A stretch of DNA of 64,000 nucleotides from contig CAWIGC010000036.1 of the NCBI GenBank assembly GCA_963835555.1, positions 34,231-98,230 on the forward strand. Direction: 5' to 3'. Below are positions 46,163-56,097 of this stretch, piece after piece. The DNA comes from an uncultured Solibacteraceae bacterium (GTDB lineage: Bacteria; Acidobacteriota; Terriglobia; Bryobacterales; Bryobacteraceae). Both the position numbers and the translations under genes were made by a program. The notes beneath the pieces are model-generated. The model did not search any database, had not been told where the DNA came from, and worked only from the letters and a program-made list of their open reading frames with translations. How positions within the stretch are numbered: position 1 is the stretch's first letter; each line of letters starts with the position of its first letter.

Positions 46163-46204
46163 ACTCTTGACACAATAATTTGATCGCTCATATTATCGAT
46201 AATA
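46163..46204. promoter_or_regulatory. Divergent promoter region with -35 TTGACA and a 14-bp perfect palindrome TATTATCGATAATA overlapping the -10 (candidate GntR operator)
   Basis: TTGACA at 46167..46172 and the palindrome at 46191..46204, between gntR (minus strand) and the TonB-dependent receptor gene (plus strand). Confidence 0.45.
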
Positions 46205-46260
46205 CAATCGATTCAAGCGGCCGCCCGGATTGCTGCCGCTTGCCATGAAGGAGCATTCGA

Positions 46261-49200
46261 ATGTTGCTCAACACAAGATCGCTCGCCAGGCTCGCCATGA
46301 TTGCCCTGGCATCACTCACTTCCCTGCTGCTTGCCCAGATTGGCGGAGGCTCCATCGTCGGGACCGTCAAAGACGCCACCGGCGCCGCGATTCCTGGCGT
46401 AAAAGTCACGGTCCATAGCCAGGAAACGAATGAAGAACGCACCGCAACCACCAATGCCGGCGGATATTACGAATTTCCACTGCTGCCGGCGGGCCACTAC
46501 CGGCTCACAGCGGAGGCGAAGGGCTTCGAAAAAGTGCAAGGCGAGGTGTTCGACCTCGCAACCGGGACGCGCCCGCGAATCGATCTGACCCTGCAAGTAG
46601 GGTCGGTCAACCAGACCGTGGAAGTGGCCGCGACGGCGCCCCTGATCAACACCACCACTACGGATCTCGGGGTGGTGATGCCACGGGACCGCATCGCCGA
46701 GTTACCGTTGAACGGCCGCAACTTCCAGGAACTGGTAAATCTGCAAGCCGGGGTGATCAGCGGGCCCTCGAACAGCGCCGGCAGCCGGGGCGGCATCTCG
46801 TTCAACGGCTCGACGGCGCTGGGCACCAACATCCTGCTGGATGGTGTGGATATGACCTTTGGGGAGGTGAACAGCACCGCCAGTTTCCAGGGCGCGGGCG
46901 GCGGCCGGACGCTGATCAACGGAGTCAGCCTGGAGGCCATCCAGGAGTTCAAGTCCACGGCCAGCGCCTATTCGGCGGAATATGGACGGGCCGGCGGCGG
47001 GGTGCTCACAATTGTCACGCGCTCGGGTACCAACGACTTTCATGGCACGTTGTTCGAGTTCCTGCGCAACGATGCGCTGGACGCGAACGACTTCTTTTCC
47101 AACAAGAACGGGCTCGGCAAATCGCCTCTCCGCTGGAATCAGTTTGGAGGCAACCTGGGCGGCCCTCTGCGTAAGAACAAACTGTTCTTCTTTTTCAATT
47201 ACGAAGGCGCACAGGTGAAGCAGCAGGCGCAGGTTACGGGCAACGTTCCGACCCCGGCGCTGCTCAGCACCCTGCCGCAGCCCATGAGCGCGGTGCTTTC
47301 GAAGTACATGCCGGCGACCTATGCGCCCACGTCGAGCCCTTACGTGGGCCTGCATACGCGCGACGATCAGCAGGTAAACAGCGAGAACACCTATATGGGC
47401 AAAGTCGATGCGCTGCTCGGGCAGCATCGCCTTGCGGTGCGCTACAGCTTTAACGATCAGACGTACTCTTCGCCGAGTCTGGAGCCAAGCATTCGCACGA
47501 CGTATCCTTTGCTTTACCAAAACGCGGTGGTGGAGGATACGTGGTCGCTGAGTTCCAGCGCGCTGAACGAACTGCGGGTGGGCATCAGCCGCGTGGATCT
47601 GAACCGGAACCCGTCCGGCTATGAGAACATCCCGGCTTATCTCACCATCCAGTCCATCAAATTTTCCCAGCCCAACTTTATTCACTTCGTGCCGACTACT
47701 TACTCGCTGTCCGATAACTTCACGCTGATTCGGGGAGCGCACTCGATGAAGATGGGAGTGGACTTGCGGGATGTGCGCAGCGTCCGGATTCAAGGCGGCC
47801 CTCCGAGCTACAGCTATGTCACTTATGCGGACGCCATGGTCGGGGATCCGCAGACCGTGGGACTTTCCTTTACGACGAGCAAGGGCCTCCGGACGACGAA
47901 CGAGGGCTTCTACTTCCAGGACGACTGGCAGGTCTCGAGCCGGATTCAAGTGAACCTGGGGCTGCGTTATGACTATTCCCCTCCCTTGCGCGGCGGCTTC
48001 AATGTGGATAGCAGTAATCCTTTCGGGCCGTACAACGCGCCCCAGGCGAATATGTTCGCACCGGATGGCAATGATTTCGGGCCGCACGCAGGCTTGGTGT
48101 GGCGCAGCCGCGCCGCATACCGTGGTCCGTGCCGGCGGCGCGATCAGCTACGTCATGCCGCAGCCCATTTTCTATTACGACATGGCCTACATCAGTCCCC
48201 AGCTCTCCGGGGTCTCTTCGTTTTCCGCCGCCGATGTGCCCGCCAATTACCTCGTGTATCCCAATGCCCTCCCCTTTCAGACGGCTCTCGAAGAGAACCC
48301 TTCACTGCTGCCTTCGGGCATTCACCTGTCGCGCAGCGTAGCGGATTACAACCGCCGCGATACGTACGTGAATATGTGGAACCTCAGCGTGCAGCAGGAG
48401 CTATCCAGGACTTTGGCGGTACAGGCCGCCTATGTGGGCCAGCGCACCGATAAGCTGATCTCCGTCCGCCCGTTGAACCTGGTGGATCCGGCGACGGGAC
48501 AGCGCCCCGATCCGGCATTAGGACAAATCAATTATGAAGAGAACGCCGCTAACATGACTTACAACGCGTTAGAGTTATCGGTCAATCAGCGCGTCTGGCA
48601 TAATCTGAGCTACGATGTTTACTTCACTTGGGCGAGCACCAGGGGCTACTATACGCCGGACGATACCATCACATTCACGGGGAGCGGCTTGCAGGATCCC
48701 AATAACATCGCCGGGTCGGTCGGGCCGCTCGAAGGGCTGCCGAAGAAGGTCTTCCGGTCGGTGTTCAGCTACGCCATTCCGGGAGGTCATTTTCAAAACG
48801 CGTTTCTGCGCGGTGTGTTGGGCGGCTGGACGCTGCGCGGAATTCTCGGATGGCGCTCCGGCGTGCCGCTGAACGTAGTCTCGGGCGCCGATTACGTCGG
48901 GAACGGCCGCAGCGCCGGACAGCGGCCCGACGCAGTGGCGGGCAGCGATCCATATATCGAAAACCTCAATACGCAGATGTGGCTCAATGCCGCGGCGTTC
49001 AGCATCGCGGGCGTGAAGGCGCAGAAGCGCTTTGGCAACCTCGGCTTTTACGCTTTGACCGGGCCTGCCGCGTTCACTCTGGATTCCGGGTTGCACAAGA
49101 CCTTCGACATTACCGAAAGGCAGCACGTCACGTTCCGGCTGGAAGCGTTCAATACCCTCAACCACACGACCTTCGGCAATCCGAATACGACGCTAAACAA

Positions 49201-49273
49201 TCCGAATTTCGGATTGATTACCAGCGCCGGCGCTCCGCGCGCCTACCAGTTGGCCCTCAAATATGAATTCTAA
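46261..49273 (+). pseudogene. TonB-dependent receptor with an N-terminal carboxypeptidase-regulatory-like domain; single frameshift at about 48100
   Basis: Signal peptide, then a CarboxypepD_reg domain (GSIVGTVKDATGAAIPGVKVTV...GGYYEFPLLPAGHYRL), a plug, a 22-strand barrel and a C-terminal ...YQLALKYEF. ORFs 46261..48453 and 47969..49273 overlap in different frames. Confidence 0.75.
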
Positions 49274-50450
49274 ATCTATCGTCATCCTCGCAGCGCTGGC
49301 GGCAGCGCACTTGAGTTTCGCTGCGGCGTCGTTCACGCAGGCCAATCTGTTCCAGGCGGGCGATGGGGGACATAAACTCTATCGCATTCCGGGAATCGTG
49401 GTGACCCATCGCGGCACCGTGCTGGTGTATTGCGAGGCGCGCCGGTACACGGGCGGCGACTGGGACACCATCGATCTGATGTTGCGGCGCAGCACGGACC
49501 GGGGCCGGACGTTTTCACCGGCCCGCACGATTGGACAGGTCGCCGGAGCGATCGAGCGGAACCCGGTGGCGATCGAGCGGCGGCAGGGCAAACCCACGGA
49601 CGTGACTTACAACAATCCGGTGGCCATCGCCGGCCGCAACGGCGTCGTGCACTTTCTTTTCTGCATCAATTACATGCGCGTATTCTATATGCGCAGCGAC
49701 GACGACGGCCAGACCTTCACCGCGCCCGTGGAAATTACCGGCGCGCTCGATGCGTTCCGCCCCGCATATGCCTGGCGGGTGGTGGCGACGGGCCCCGGAC
49801 ATGGAATTCAGTTGAGGAACGGGCGCCTGCTGGTCCCTATCTGGCTGGCGCTCGGAACACAGGGCAACGGGCACGGACCGGCGTCGGACGCCACCATCTA
49901 TAGCGACGATGACGGCAAGACCTGGCACTGCGGCGAGATCGCGATTCCCGCCACGAGCGAGTTCCCGAGCCCCAACGAAACCGCTGCCGTACAACTGGCC
50001 GATGGCCGCGTGATGCTGAACGCGCGCGTGCCCTCGGCACGCAACCGGCGGGTCATTGTGACCGGCCCGGACGGCGCTTCCCACTGGTCCGCCCCTCATT
50101 ATCAGGAAGATCTGCCGGACCCCATCTGCGAAGCCGGCTTCGCCAGCCTCCTGGAGAAGCGCCGCGGCAGCCTGCTCCTGTTCAGCAATCCCGATAACCT
50201 GATGCGCGCCGACGGGAAGGACGTGATCAGCAAGGACCGGAAGAATCTTACCGTGCGGCTGAGCAGGGACCAGGGACAAAGTTGGACGGTGAAGCGCGTC
50301 ATCGACCCGGGGCGATCCGGTTACAGCGACCTGGCGGTGCTGCCAAATCGGGACATTCTTTGTTTCTACGAATCGGCTGGAAAGTATCTGACGCTGGCGC
50401 GATTCAATCTAACCTGGGTAACTCAGGGGAACGGCTCACCTGGTAAATAA
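49263..50450 (+). CDS. Exo-alpha-sialidase (GH33, BNR repeats)
   Basis: Signal peptide, a YRIP motif and three Asp-boxes (SDDDGQTF, SDDDGKTW, SRDQGQSW). Confidence 0.8.
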   Translation: MNSKSIVILAALAAAHLSFAAASFTQANLFQAGDGGHKLYRIPGIVVTHRGTVLVYCEARRYTGGDWDTIDLMLRRSTDRGRTFSPARTIGQVAGAIERNPVAIERRQGKPTDVTYNNPVAIAGRNGVVHFLFCINYMRVFYMRSDDDGQTFTAPVEITGALDAFRPAYAWRVVATGPGHGIQLRNGRLLVPIWLALGTQGNGHGPASDATIYSDDDGKTWHCGEIAIPATSEFPSPNETAAVQLADGRVMLNARVPSARNRRVIVTGPDGASHWSAPHYQEDLPDPICEAGFASLLEKRRGSLLLFSNPDNLMRADGKDVISKDRKNLTVRLSRDQGQSWTVKRVIDPGRSGYSDLAVLPNRDILCFYESAGKYLTLARFNLTWVTQGNGSPGK

Positions 50451-50451
50451 C

Positions 50452-51330
50452 ATGGAAACTACACTCGCCGGGATCTTTCCGGCACTGGTTACACCTCTTG
50501 CGGCGGATGGCAGCGTGCATACCGCCGCCTTGGAGCAGCTTTTGGAGCGCGTTTACACAGCGGGCGTGGACGGCGTCTACGTGTGCGGCAGCACGGGCGA
50601 AGGTGTGCTGCTGGACGCGGCCGACCGGCGCAGAATCGTGGAGGCGGCCGTGCGCCACTCGCCGCGCGGAAAGCACGTAATCGTGCATGTGGGCGCATGG
50701 TCGCTGGATGTGTCGGAGAGTCTCGCCAGGCACGCCGAAAGCCTACACGCTTCCGCGATCAGTTGCATTCGGCCGCCCGCGGTAAGCTACGGGGAGATGC
50801 TTTCCTGGTATCGCCTGCTGGCCGCCTCCACCGGCCTTCCCCTGCTCGCGTATTATTTCCCTGCCTCCACGGGCGAATCTCTGAATGCGGATCAGCTTAC
50901 CGGGATCTGCGAACTGCCGGGCGTGGGCGGCCTGAAGTATACCGACTACGACCTCTACACGCTCTCGCTTTTGGTGCGTGCCGGCTACCCTGTGTTCAAT
51001 GGCAGGGATGAAGTGCTGGCCGCCGGCTTGCTGATGGGCGCCTGCGGCGGCATCGGCAGCATCTACAACGCGGTACCCGGATCCTTCGTCGAACTTCGGA
51101 GGCTCGCCGTGGCGGGAAATTGGGCCGGGGCACGGGCCGTTCAGGACCGCGTCAACGATCTGATTCGGGTGCTGCTGCGGTATCCGTTCCTCCCGGCTCT
51201 GAAGCAGGTGCTGACCTGGGAAGGAATCGAGTGCGGTGGTGTGGTCAGACCCCGGGGCGGACTCTCTGCCGCGCAGGAATCGGAACTGCGCGCATCGCTC
51301 GCCGCCCTCGAAATGTTTCCATCGCTGTGA
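50452..51330 (+). CDS. nanA: DapA-family lyase, probable N-acetylneuraminate lyase
   Basis: A DHDPS/NAL fold (...VCGSTGEGVLL...) directly downstream of the sialidase. Confidence 0.65.
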   Translation: METTLAGIFPALVTPLAADGSVHTAALEQLLERVYTAGVDGVYVCGSTGEGVLLDAADRRRIVEAAVRHSPRGKHVIVHVGAWSLDVSESLARHAESLHASAISCIRPPAVSYGEMLSWYRLLAASTGLPLLAYYFPASTGESLNADQLTGICELPGVGGLKYTDYDLYTLSLLVRAGYPVFNGRDEVLAAGLLMGACGGIGSIYNAVPGSFVELRRLAVAGNWAGARAVQDRVNDLIRVLLRYPFLPALKQVLTWEGIECGGVVRPRGGLSAAQESELRASLAALEMFPSL

Positions 51331-52520
51331 ACCGCTGGACCGGTTGGAAATGGCTGGTTGTCGCGGTGCTGTGGGGCGTGGCGCTGCTCAACTATCTGGA
51401 TCGCCAGGTAGTCTTTTCGCTGCTGCCTCTCCTGCAGCGCGATTTGCACGCGACCGCTTTCCAGTTGGGCCTGATCAGCACCGTGTTCCTGTGGACGTAC
51501 GGATTGCTCAGCCCACTCGGGGGCTGGATCGCCGACCGTCTCGGCCGCACCCCGGTCATCGTCGCGAGCCTGGCCATCTGGAGCATCGCTACATGGCTGA
51601 CCGGCCACGTTCTCTCCATGCAAGGGATGCTGTGGACGCGGGTCCTGATGGGAGCGAGCGAAGCCTTCTACCTTCCCGCGGCCCTGGCGCTAATTGCCGA
51701 TCTGCACACCAGTAAGACCCGGTCCCTCGCCACCGGCCTGCACCAGAGCGGACTCTACACCGGCCTGGTGCTCGGCGGCGCCTGGGGAGGATGGATGGGC
51801 GAACACTCGGGCTGGCGCGCCGCTTTTTTTGTTTTGGGAATCACCGGAGTGGCGTACCTGGGGATCGTCGTGCTCGCACTACGGGGGGTGCGGGACAACT
51901 CCGCGGCACGCAAATTGAAAGGGCGGCCGATGGAATTGCTTCGTCTGCCGGGCTTTCTCGCGGTCACAGCAGCATTCACGGCCATGGCCGTGGCAAACTG
52001 GATCGTCTACACCTGGCTGCCTCTGTTTCTCTTCAATCGCTATCACCTCAGCCTCTCCGGAGCCGGCTTCTCCGCGACGTTTTACCTTCAGGCGGCCAGC
52101 TATCTGGGGGTGGTCGCCGGGGGAGTACTGACGGATCGTTGGGCCGCCCGGGACGGCCGCGCGCGCGCCTGGGTACAGATGGCGGGGCTCGCCCTGGCGG
52201 CTCCGTTTTTGGCGGTGCTCGGCGCCACCGGATCGATGCCGGTGCTGATCGCCGCCTTGATCGCTTTCGGCCTGGGGCGCGGACTGTTCGACTGTAATAC
52301 GATGCCGCTGCTGCTCAACGTCACCGGTCCCGACCGCAGCGCCACAGGGTACGGAGTTCTCAATCTGGCGGGATGTCTTGCCGGCGGCATCGGAGCGGCG
52401 GCCGCCGGGTGGATGAAGGAAAGCATCGGGCTGGCGGCGGCATTCGAGATGGCGGCAGTGGTGCTCCTCGCCGGCGTATTTTCCCTGCGCGGGTTGGCCC
52501 GCCGCACCGCGGGGAGTTAG
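51327..52520 (+). CDS. MFS transporter
   Basis: About 397 aa and 12 TM segments (LNYLDRQVVFSLLPLLQRDL...). The GTG start overlaps the nanA stop (GTGA). Confidence 0.7.
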   Translation: MNRWTGWKWLVVAVLWGVALLNYLDRQVVFSLLPLLQRDLHATAFQLGLISTVFLWTYGLLSPLGGWIADRLGRTPVIVASLAIWSIATWLTGHVLSMQGMLWTRVLMGASEAFYLPAALALIADLHTSKTRSLATGLHQSGLYTGLVLGGAWGGWMGEHSGWRAAFFVLGITGVAYLGIVVLALRGVRDNSAARKLKGRPMELLRLPGFLAVTAAFTAMAVANWIVYTWLPLFLFNRYHLSLSGAGFSATFYLQAASYLGVVAGGVLTDRWAARDGRARAWVQMAGLALAAPFLAVLGATGSMPVLIAALIAFGLGRGLFDCNTMPLLLNVTGPDRSATGYGVLNLAGCLAGGIGAAAAGWMKESIGLAAAFEMAAVVLLAGVFSLRGLARRTAGS

Positions 52521-52535
52521 TGGAACGGCCAGTAA

Positions 52536-55199
52536 TTAACCCTGCCGGATTACGAAGTAAGGCAGGTTGGACCGCTGCTCGTTCAATCCGGGATATAGCC
52601 AGGCTGCCTCTCCTTCGTGCAACTCGAAGTAGTACTGCAGCGGATATTCGGTCTGCGTGTACTCGCCCGGAATGGTGATCTTATGCCTGTTTCCTACCGC
52701 CGGCATCTCCTCGATCATGTAATTCTCTGCCTGGTTTACATGGCGATAAAGCAGTTTGACCGTGACCGGCCTCTCCGCCAGCAGTTCGACTTCGACCGGC
52801 CGGCCGGGCTTAAAAATCCGCGGCGGTGCGTGACGGCACCCGACAGACGGGCGCTTTGGCCGCCCCAGCGCTTCCTGGATTGCCAGGCGCACCCGGTCCG
52901 CTGACTCGCCCGCTCTGGCCTGCTCCAACCGTATCTCCAGCGAGGCGATGTCGTCCTCGATGGCCCCGATCCGGTCCGCCCAATGGCCGCGCAGGTATTT
53001 CTGCTCGCCGTAAGTGATATCCGGCTTGTATACCTCCCGCAGCGGCAGGGCGAATTCGGCCCACGCGGCGCCGGCCGCGCGATATTGCTTGATGGCCGCT
53101 TCCAGCGCCGTCCGGTCGCCGCTCTGTTCGAAGATGCCGAACAAGGTTCCGGCGCGCAATTTAGCGGCGTAGAACCGGCCGAGCCCGATGTGGATGCCGG
53201 CATCGATCGTGAAGCGGCGGAACGCCGGCGTCTTGGGGCCCAGTTTCTTTGCAGCCGCCAGGTGCGTAGCACCCGCAGCGGCGTAATCCTCCAGCCAGCA
53301 AGCTACTTCCACCGGCGAATACTTCCCCGTCCGTTCCCCGTGCAACATTTCGGTCACATAGTCATTGATCCGGGAGAACAGTTGTGGGTCGAACGGGCTG
53401 ACATTGCCGAACACCTTGGGCGCGGGGGTGTCGCTGTAATGGTGCTTTTTGGGGTCTGTCAGGGACATGTTCACATACATCTCGACCCAGTAGGAGTTGT
53501 GTGCCGCGGAGGCGCCGTGAGCCGTAGTGAATGTGGGAATCACGCGGCTGGCGTTCGCCATGGCCAATTCGGCATCCGCCGCGGCCGCGCCGAACTCCTG
53601 ACGCAGCCAGCGCCGCCACACGTCCGCTTCCGCTTTCGGGTTGTATAGGTGACGTCCGAAAATCCGATAGTAGTAAAGATATTTTTCCCAATCCCAACGC
53701 GGAGTCAGGGATGGATCGGCATACGCCAGTCGCCCTCCGGACATACCGGAGCCGCGGCGTCCTTTGAAGTAAAGAGGTTCCTGCAGTTCTACGCCATCGG
53801 CGCCGCAAAAACTCGAGATGCGCCCGTAGCCGGACGCAATCTGCGGGTCGCCCCATAGCAGGTGCCGCAGCGATCCGGGAAACATCCGGTACATGATTCC
53901 GTATTTGCGGTTCTCCTTGTACAGGTCGCCATACCCGTAGCGCATGAAACTGCGCTCCCCGCTGCTGAGCTTGAAAAGGCCCGAGCCGGAAGCTCCGGAG
54001 CGCGCCTTCTCGGCCTTCCGGATGTCGGCTTGATGGTATGGCAATCCAAAATGCTCGGCCCAATACTTCGGGGAGACCACTACCTTCTGGCCGGTGTCCA
54101 GGGCGATATCGATCATCTGCCGGTCGATTCCCTTGGCGTGCATCTCGATCTCGATTTTGCGCCCGGACAGAGGCATGCCCTCGAACAGCACTCTCCAGAA
54201 GTCGTAACTGCCTTCGGCAACACCGCTCTCGCCGTGGATGCGGATGTTCACGCCGGTGATAGCGGGGCACGCCTGGAGCACCGCTGCCAGCGCGTCGCGG
54301 CAATAAGGGGCGTGGTTTTGCGGATTCACGCCGCGGATGAAATGATTCGATTGGGGAGTGTCGATCCACTCGTACGCGTGGGTCCACAGCCCCAGTTGGA
54401 AATCCAATCCACGCCGCGCCGCTTCGCTGCTAATGAAGCGCAGCATCTCCAAATTACTTTCGCGCTCTCCATCGGACAAGCCGGTGACGGTCACGTCATA
54501 GCCGGGCACCTTCACCAGAAACGGATAGGGGAACAGGAAGTACCCGTCCAGCACCTGCCGCATGACGTCGTAGCCGAGCCCCAGGGTCAAGTTGAAACGG
54601 TTCCAGCGCTGCGTGGCGAGCATGGTGAGGTACTCGGGCCACATGGCGCGGTCGCGGAACCAGGGCAGGTCTTCCACGTCGCTGCAAATGGCGCGGTTGA
54701 TGCTGCGAATGCGGTTGGCGGGGCTTTCGACAACGGGTTTCGGAACGGCCAGAGCGGCTACCGGATCCGGGGAATTGCGTGCGCGGTCGGCCAGTTCGAG
54801 CACCGCGTAAACCACTCCGCGGGTATCGTGCCCGCATGCCAGAAGGACGCTCCTTTCCCCGCTCTTGCCGGAGATGAGACCCAGCGACTCGGGGCGGGAT
54901 GCCACCGTCACATTCGCGGTTTTGGCTACGGCCACGGCGGCAGCAGACGCGCGGCCCGCAATCAGAATGCAGAAGTCCTCCGCCCGGGTCTCCGAAAGCG
55001 ACTTGCCGGTCTTAACGCTGACGCCCCGCGAGGCAAGCGCTTTGCGCAGTTCCTCTGCGGCCCAGACGGACGGCGCGGCGGCGGCCACGGGGTCATCGGA
55101 ATTAAGAATGATGGCAACGGCCGGCGAAGCGGCGGCGAGCGGGAGTGCGGCTGCGGCCCCGCCCATAAACTGGCGACGATTCAAATGTGAAGAGGGCAT
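52536..55199 (-). CDS. Tat-secreted 887-aa protein of unknown function (candidate glycan-active enzyme)
   Basis: Twin-arginine signal NRRQFMGGAAAALPLAAASPAVA. It is a large intact ORF in a glycan-utilisation context. No family was confidently recognised. Confidence 0.5.
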   Translation of the reverse strand: MPSSHLNRRQFMGGAAAALPLAAASPAVAIILNSDDPVAAAAPSVWAAEELRKALASRGVSVKTGKSLSETRAEDFCILIAGRASAAAVAVAKTANVTVASRPESLGLISGKSGERSVLLACGHDTRGVVYAVLELADRARNSPDPVAALAVPKPVVESPANRIRSINRAICSDVEDLPWFRDRAMWPEYLTMLATQRWNRFNLTLGLGYDVMRQVLDGYFLFPYPFLVKVPGYDVTVTGLSDGERESNLEMLRFISSEAARRGLDFQLGLWTHAYEWIDTPQSNHFIRGVNPQNHAPYCRDALAAVLQACPAITGVNIRIHGESGVAEGSYDFWRVLFEGMPLSGRKIEIEMHAKGIDRQMIDIALDTGQKVVVSPKYWAEHFGLPYHQADIRKAEKARSGASGSGLFKLSSGERSFMRYGYGDLYKENRKYGIMYRMFPGSLRHLLWGDPQIASGYGRISSFCGADGVELQEPLYFKGRRGSGMSGGRLAYADPSLTPRWDWEKYLYYYRIFGRHLYNPKAEADVWRRWLRQEFGAAAADAELAMANASRVIPTFTTAHGASAAHNSYWVEMYVNMSLTDPKKHHYSDTPAPKVFGNVSPFDPQLFSRINDYVTEMLHGERTGKYSPVEVACWLEDYAAAGATHLAAAKKLGPKTPAFRRFTIDAGIHIGLGRFYAAKLRAGTLFGIFEQSGDRTALEAAIKQYRAAGAAWAEFALPLREVYKPDITYGEQKYLRGHWADRIGAIEDDIASLEIRLEQARAGESADRVRLAIQEALGRPKRPSVGCRHAPPRIFKPGRPVEVELLAERPVTVKLLYRHVNQAENYMIEEMPAVGNRHKITIPGEYTQTEYPLQYYFELHEGEAAWLYPGLNEQRSNLPYFVIRQG

Positions 55200-55302
55200 G
55201 ATCCATGAACTCGCGCCGGCATCCCGGAAACGGGGCAGCCGGCGCCGGTTGGCATCCGGCGCTCAGCATAACATCCGGCGCTGCGAAAGCGGCCGGCGAT
55301 CG

Positions 55303-56016
55303 CTACTCTTTTTGCAGAATACGGTGTGAATGGTATTCGTAGGAGACTAGCAGCATACGGCTGAACTTGCACTTCACCACCACCTGGTAAGCTACCGGGA
55401 ACCCGCGAATGCCTTCGCCTGCGAAAATTGCCCGCAAATCGCGCAGCGAACGCGCCGACGCGCAGTATTCGGCCGCTCCGTGCGTACCGGCAGACGTGAT
55501 GCCGGAAAAGACCACAGTGCCCAGCCGGCCGCGATCCGAATCGCGGGTGTCGATGACAGTCACCAGCCCGTAGACATCTACAAAATCGCCGTTTGCGTCT
55601 TTGGCGGGCACAATCATACGACTGTTGGTCCGGTCCCGGATCACGAACTCGCGGACGGTCGGTTCGTAGTCTACCGTCAGGGGAGTGTCGTGCAAGACCT
55701 GGGAGATGACGGCGCTATCGACCTCTCCGATGTCTACAGCTTTCATACCTACGGTCAGCCCGGCAACGCCCGCGGCGGACAGCCCGAGTTGCTGCCCTTC
55801 GATGTGGAGTTGAAGCAGGCCATCGATTCCGGGCGGCCGCTGCTGTGTACGGAGTGCCTGGAGCGCACGTTCGGCAATACGTTCGAGAGCTTCCTCCCCT
55901 ATTTCGCGCGCGAAAGAGTAGGCTGGTACATCTGGGGCCTGTGTGCGGGCACCGCGCAACATCACTTCCCATGGCGCTGGCCCGTCGGTTCGCCGGAGCC
56001 CAAGAACTGGTTCCAC
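55303..56016 (-). CDS. Hypothetical protein (237 aa)
   Basis: An intact ORF upstream of, and co-oriented with, the 887-aa gene. No recognisable motifs. Confidence 0.4.
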   Translation of the reverse strand: MEPVLGLRRTDGPAPWEVMLRGARTQAPDVPAYSFAREIGEEALERIAERALQALRTQQRPPGIDGLLQLHIEGQQLGLSAAGVAGLTVGMKAVDIGEVDSAVISQVLHDTPLTVDYEPTVREFVIRDRTNSRMIVPAKDANGDFVDVYGLVTVIDTRDSDRGRLGTVVFSGITSAGTHGAAEYCASARSLRDLRAIFAGEGIRGFPVAYQVVVKCKFSRMLLVSYEYHSHRILQKE

Positions 56017-56097
56017 TGCATTCTTTACCCGGACGGTACGCCGGCAGTTCCGGTATGAAGAGCCGGACCGGAAAGCCGCCAGGAAACAGGAGATCCC

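Noticed and set aside
46702-48087. 461-aa ORF on the minus strand
   Set aside because: Antisense to the TonB-dependent receptor gene, and Arg/Ala-rich. A shadow ORF.
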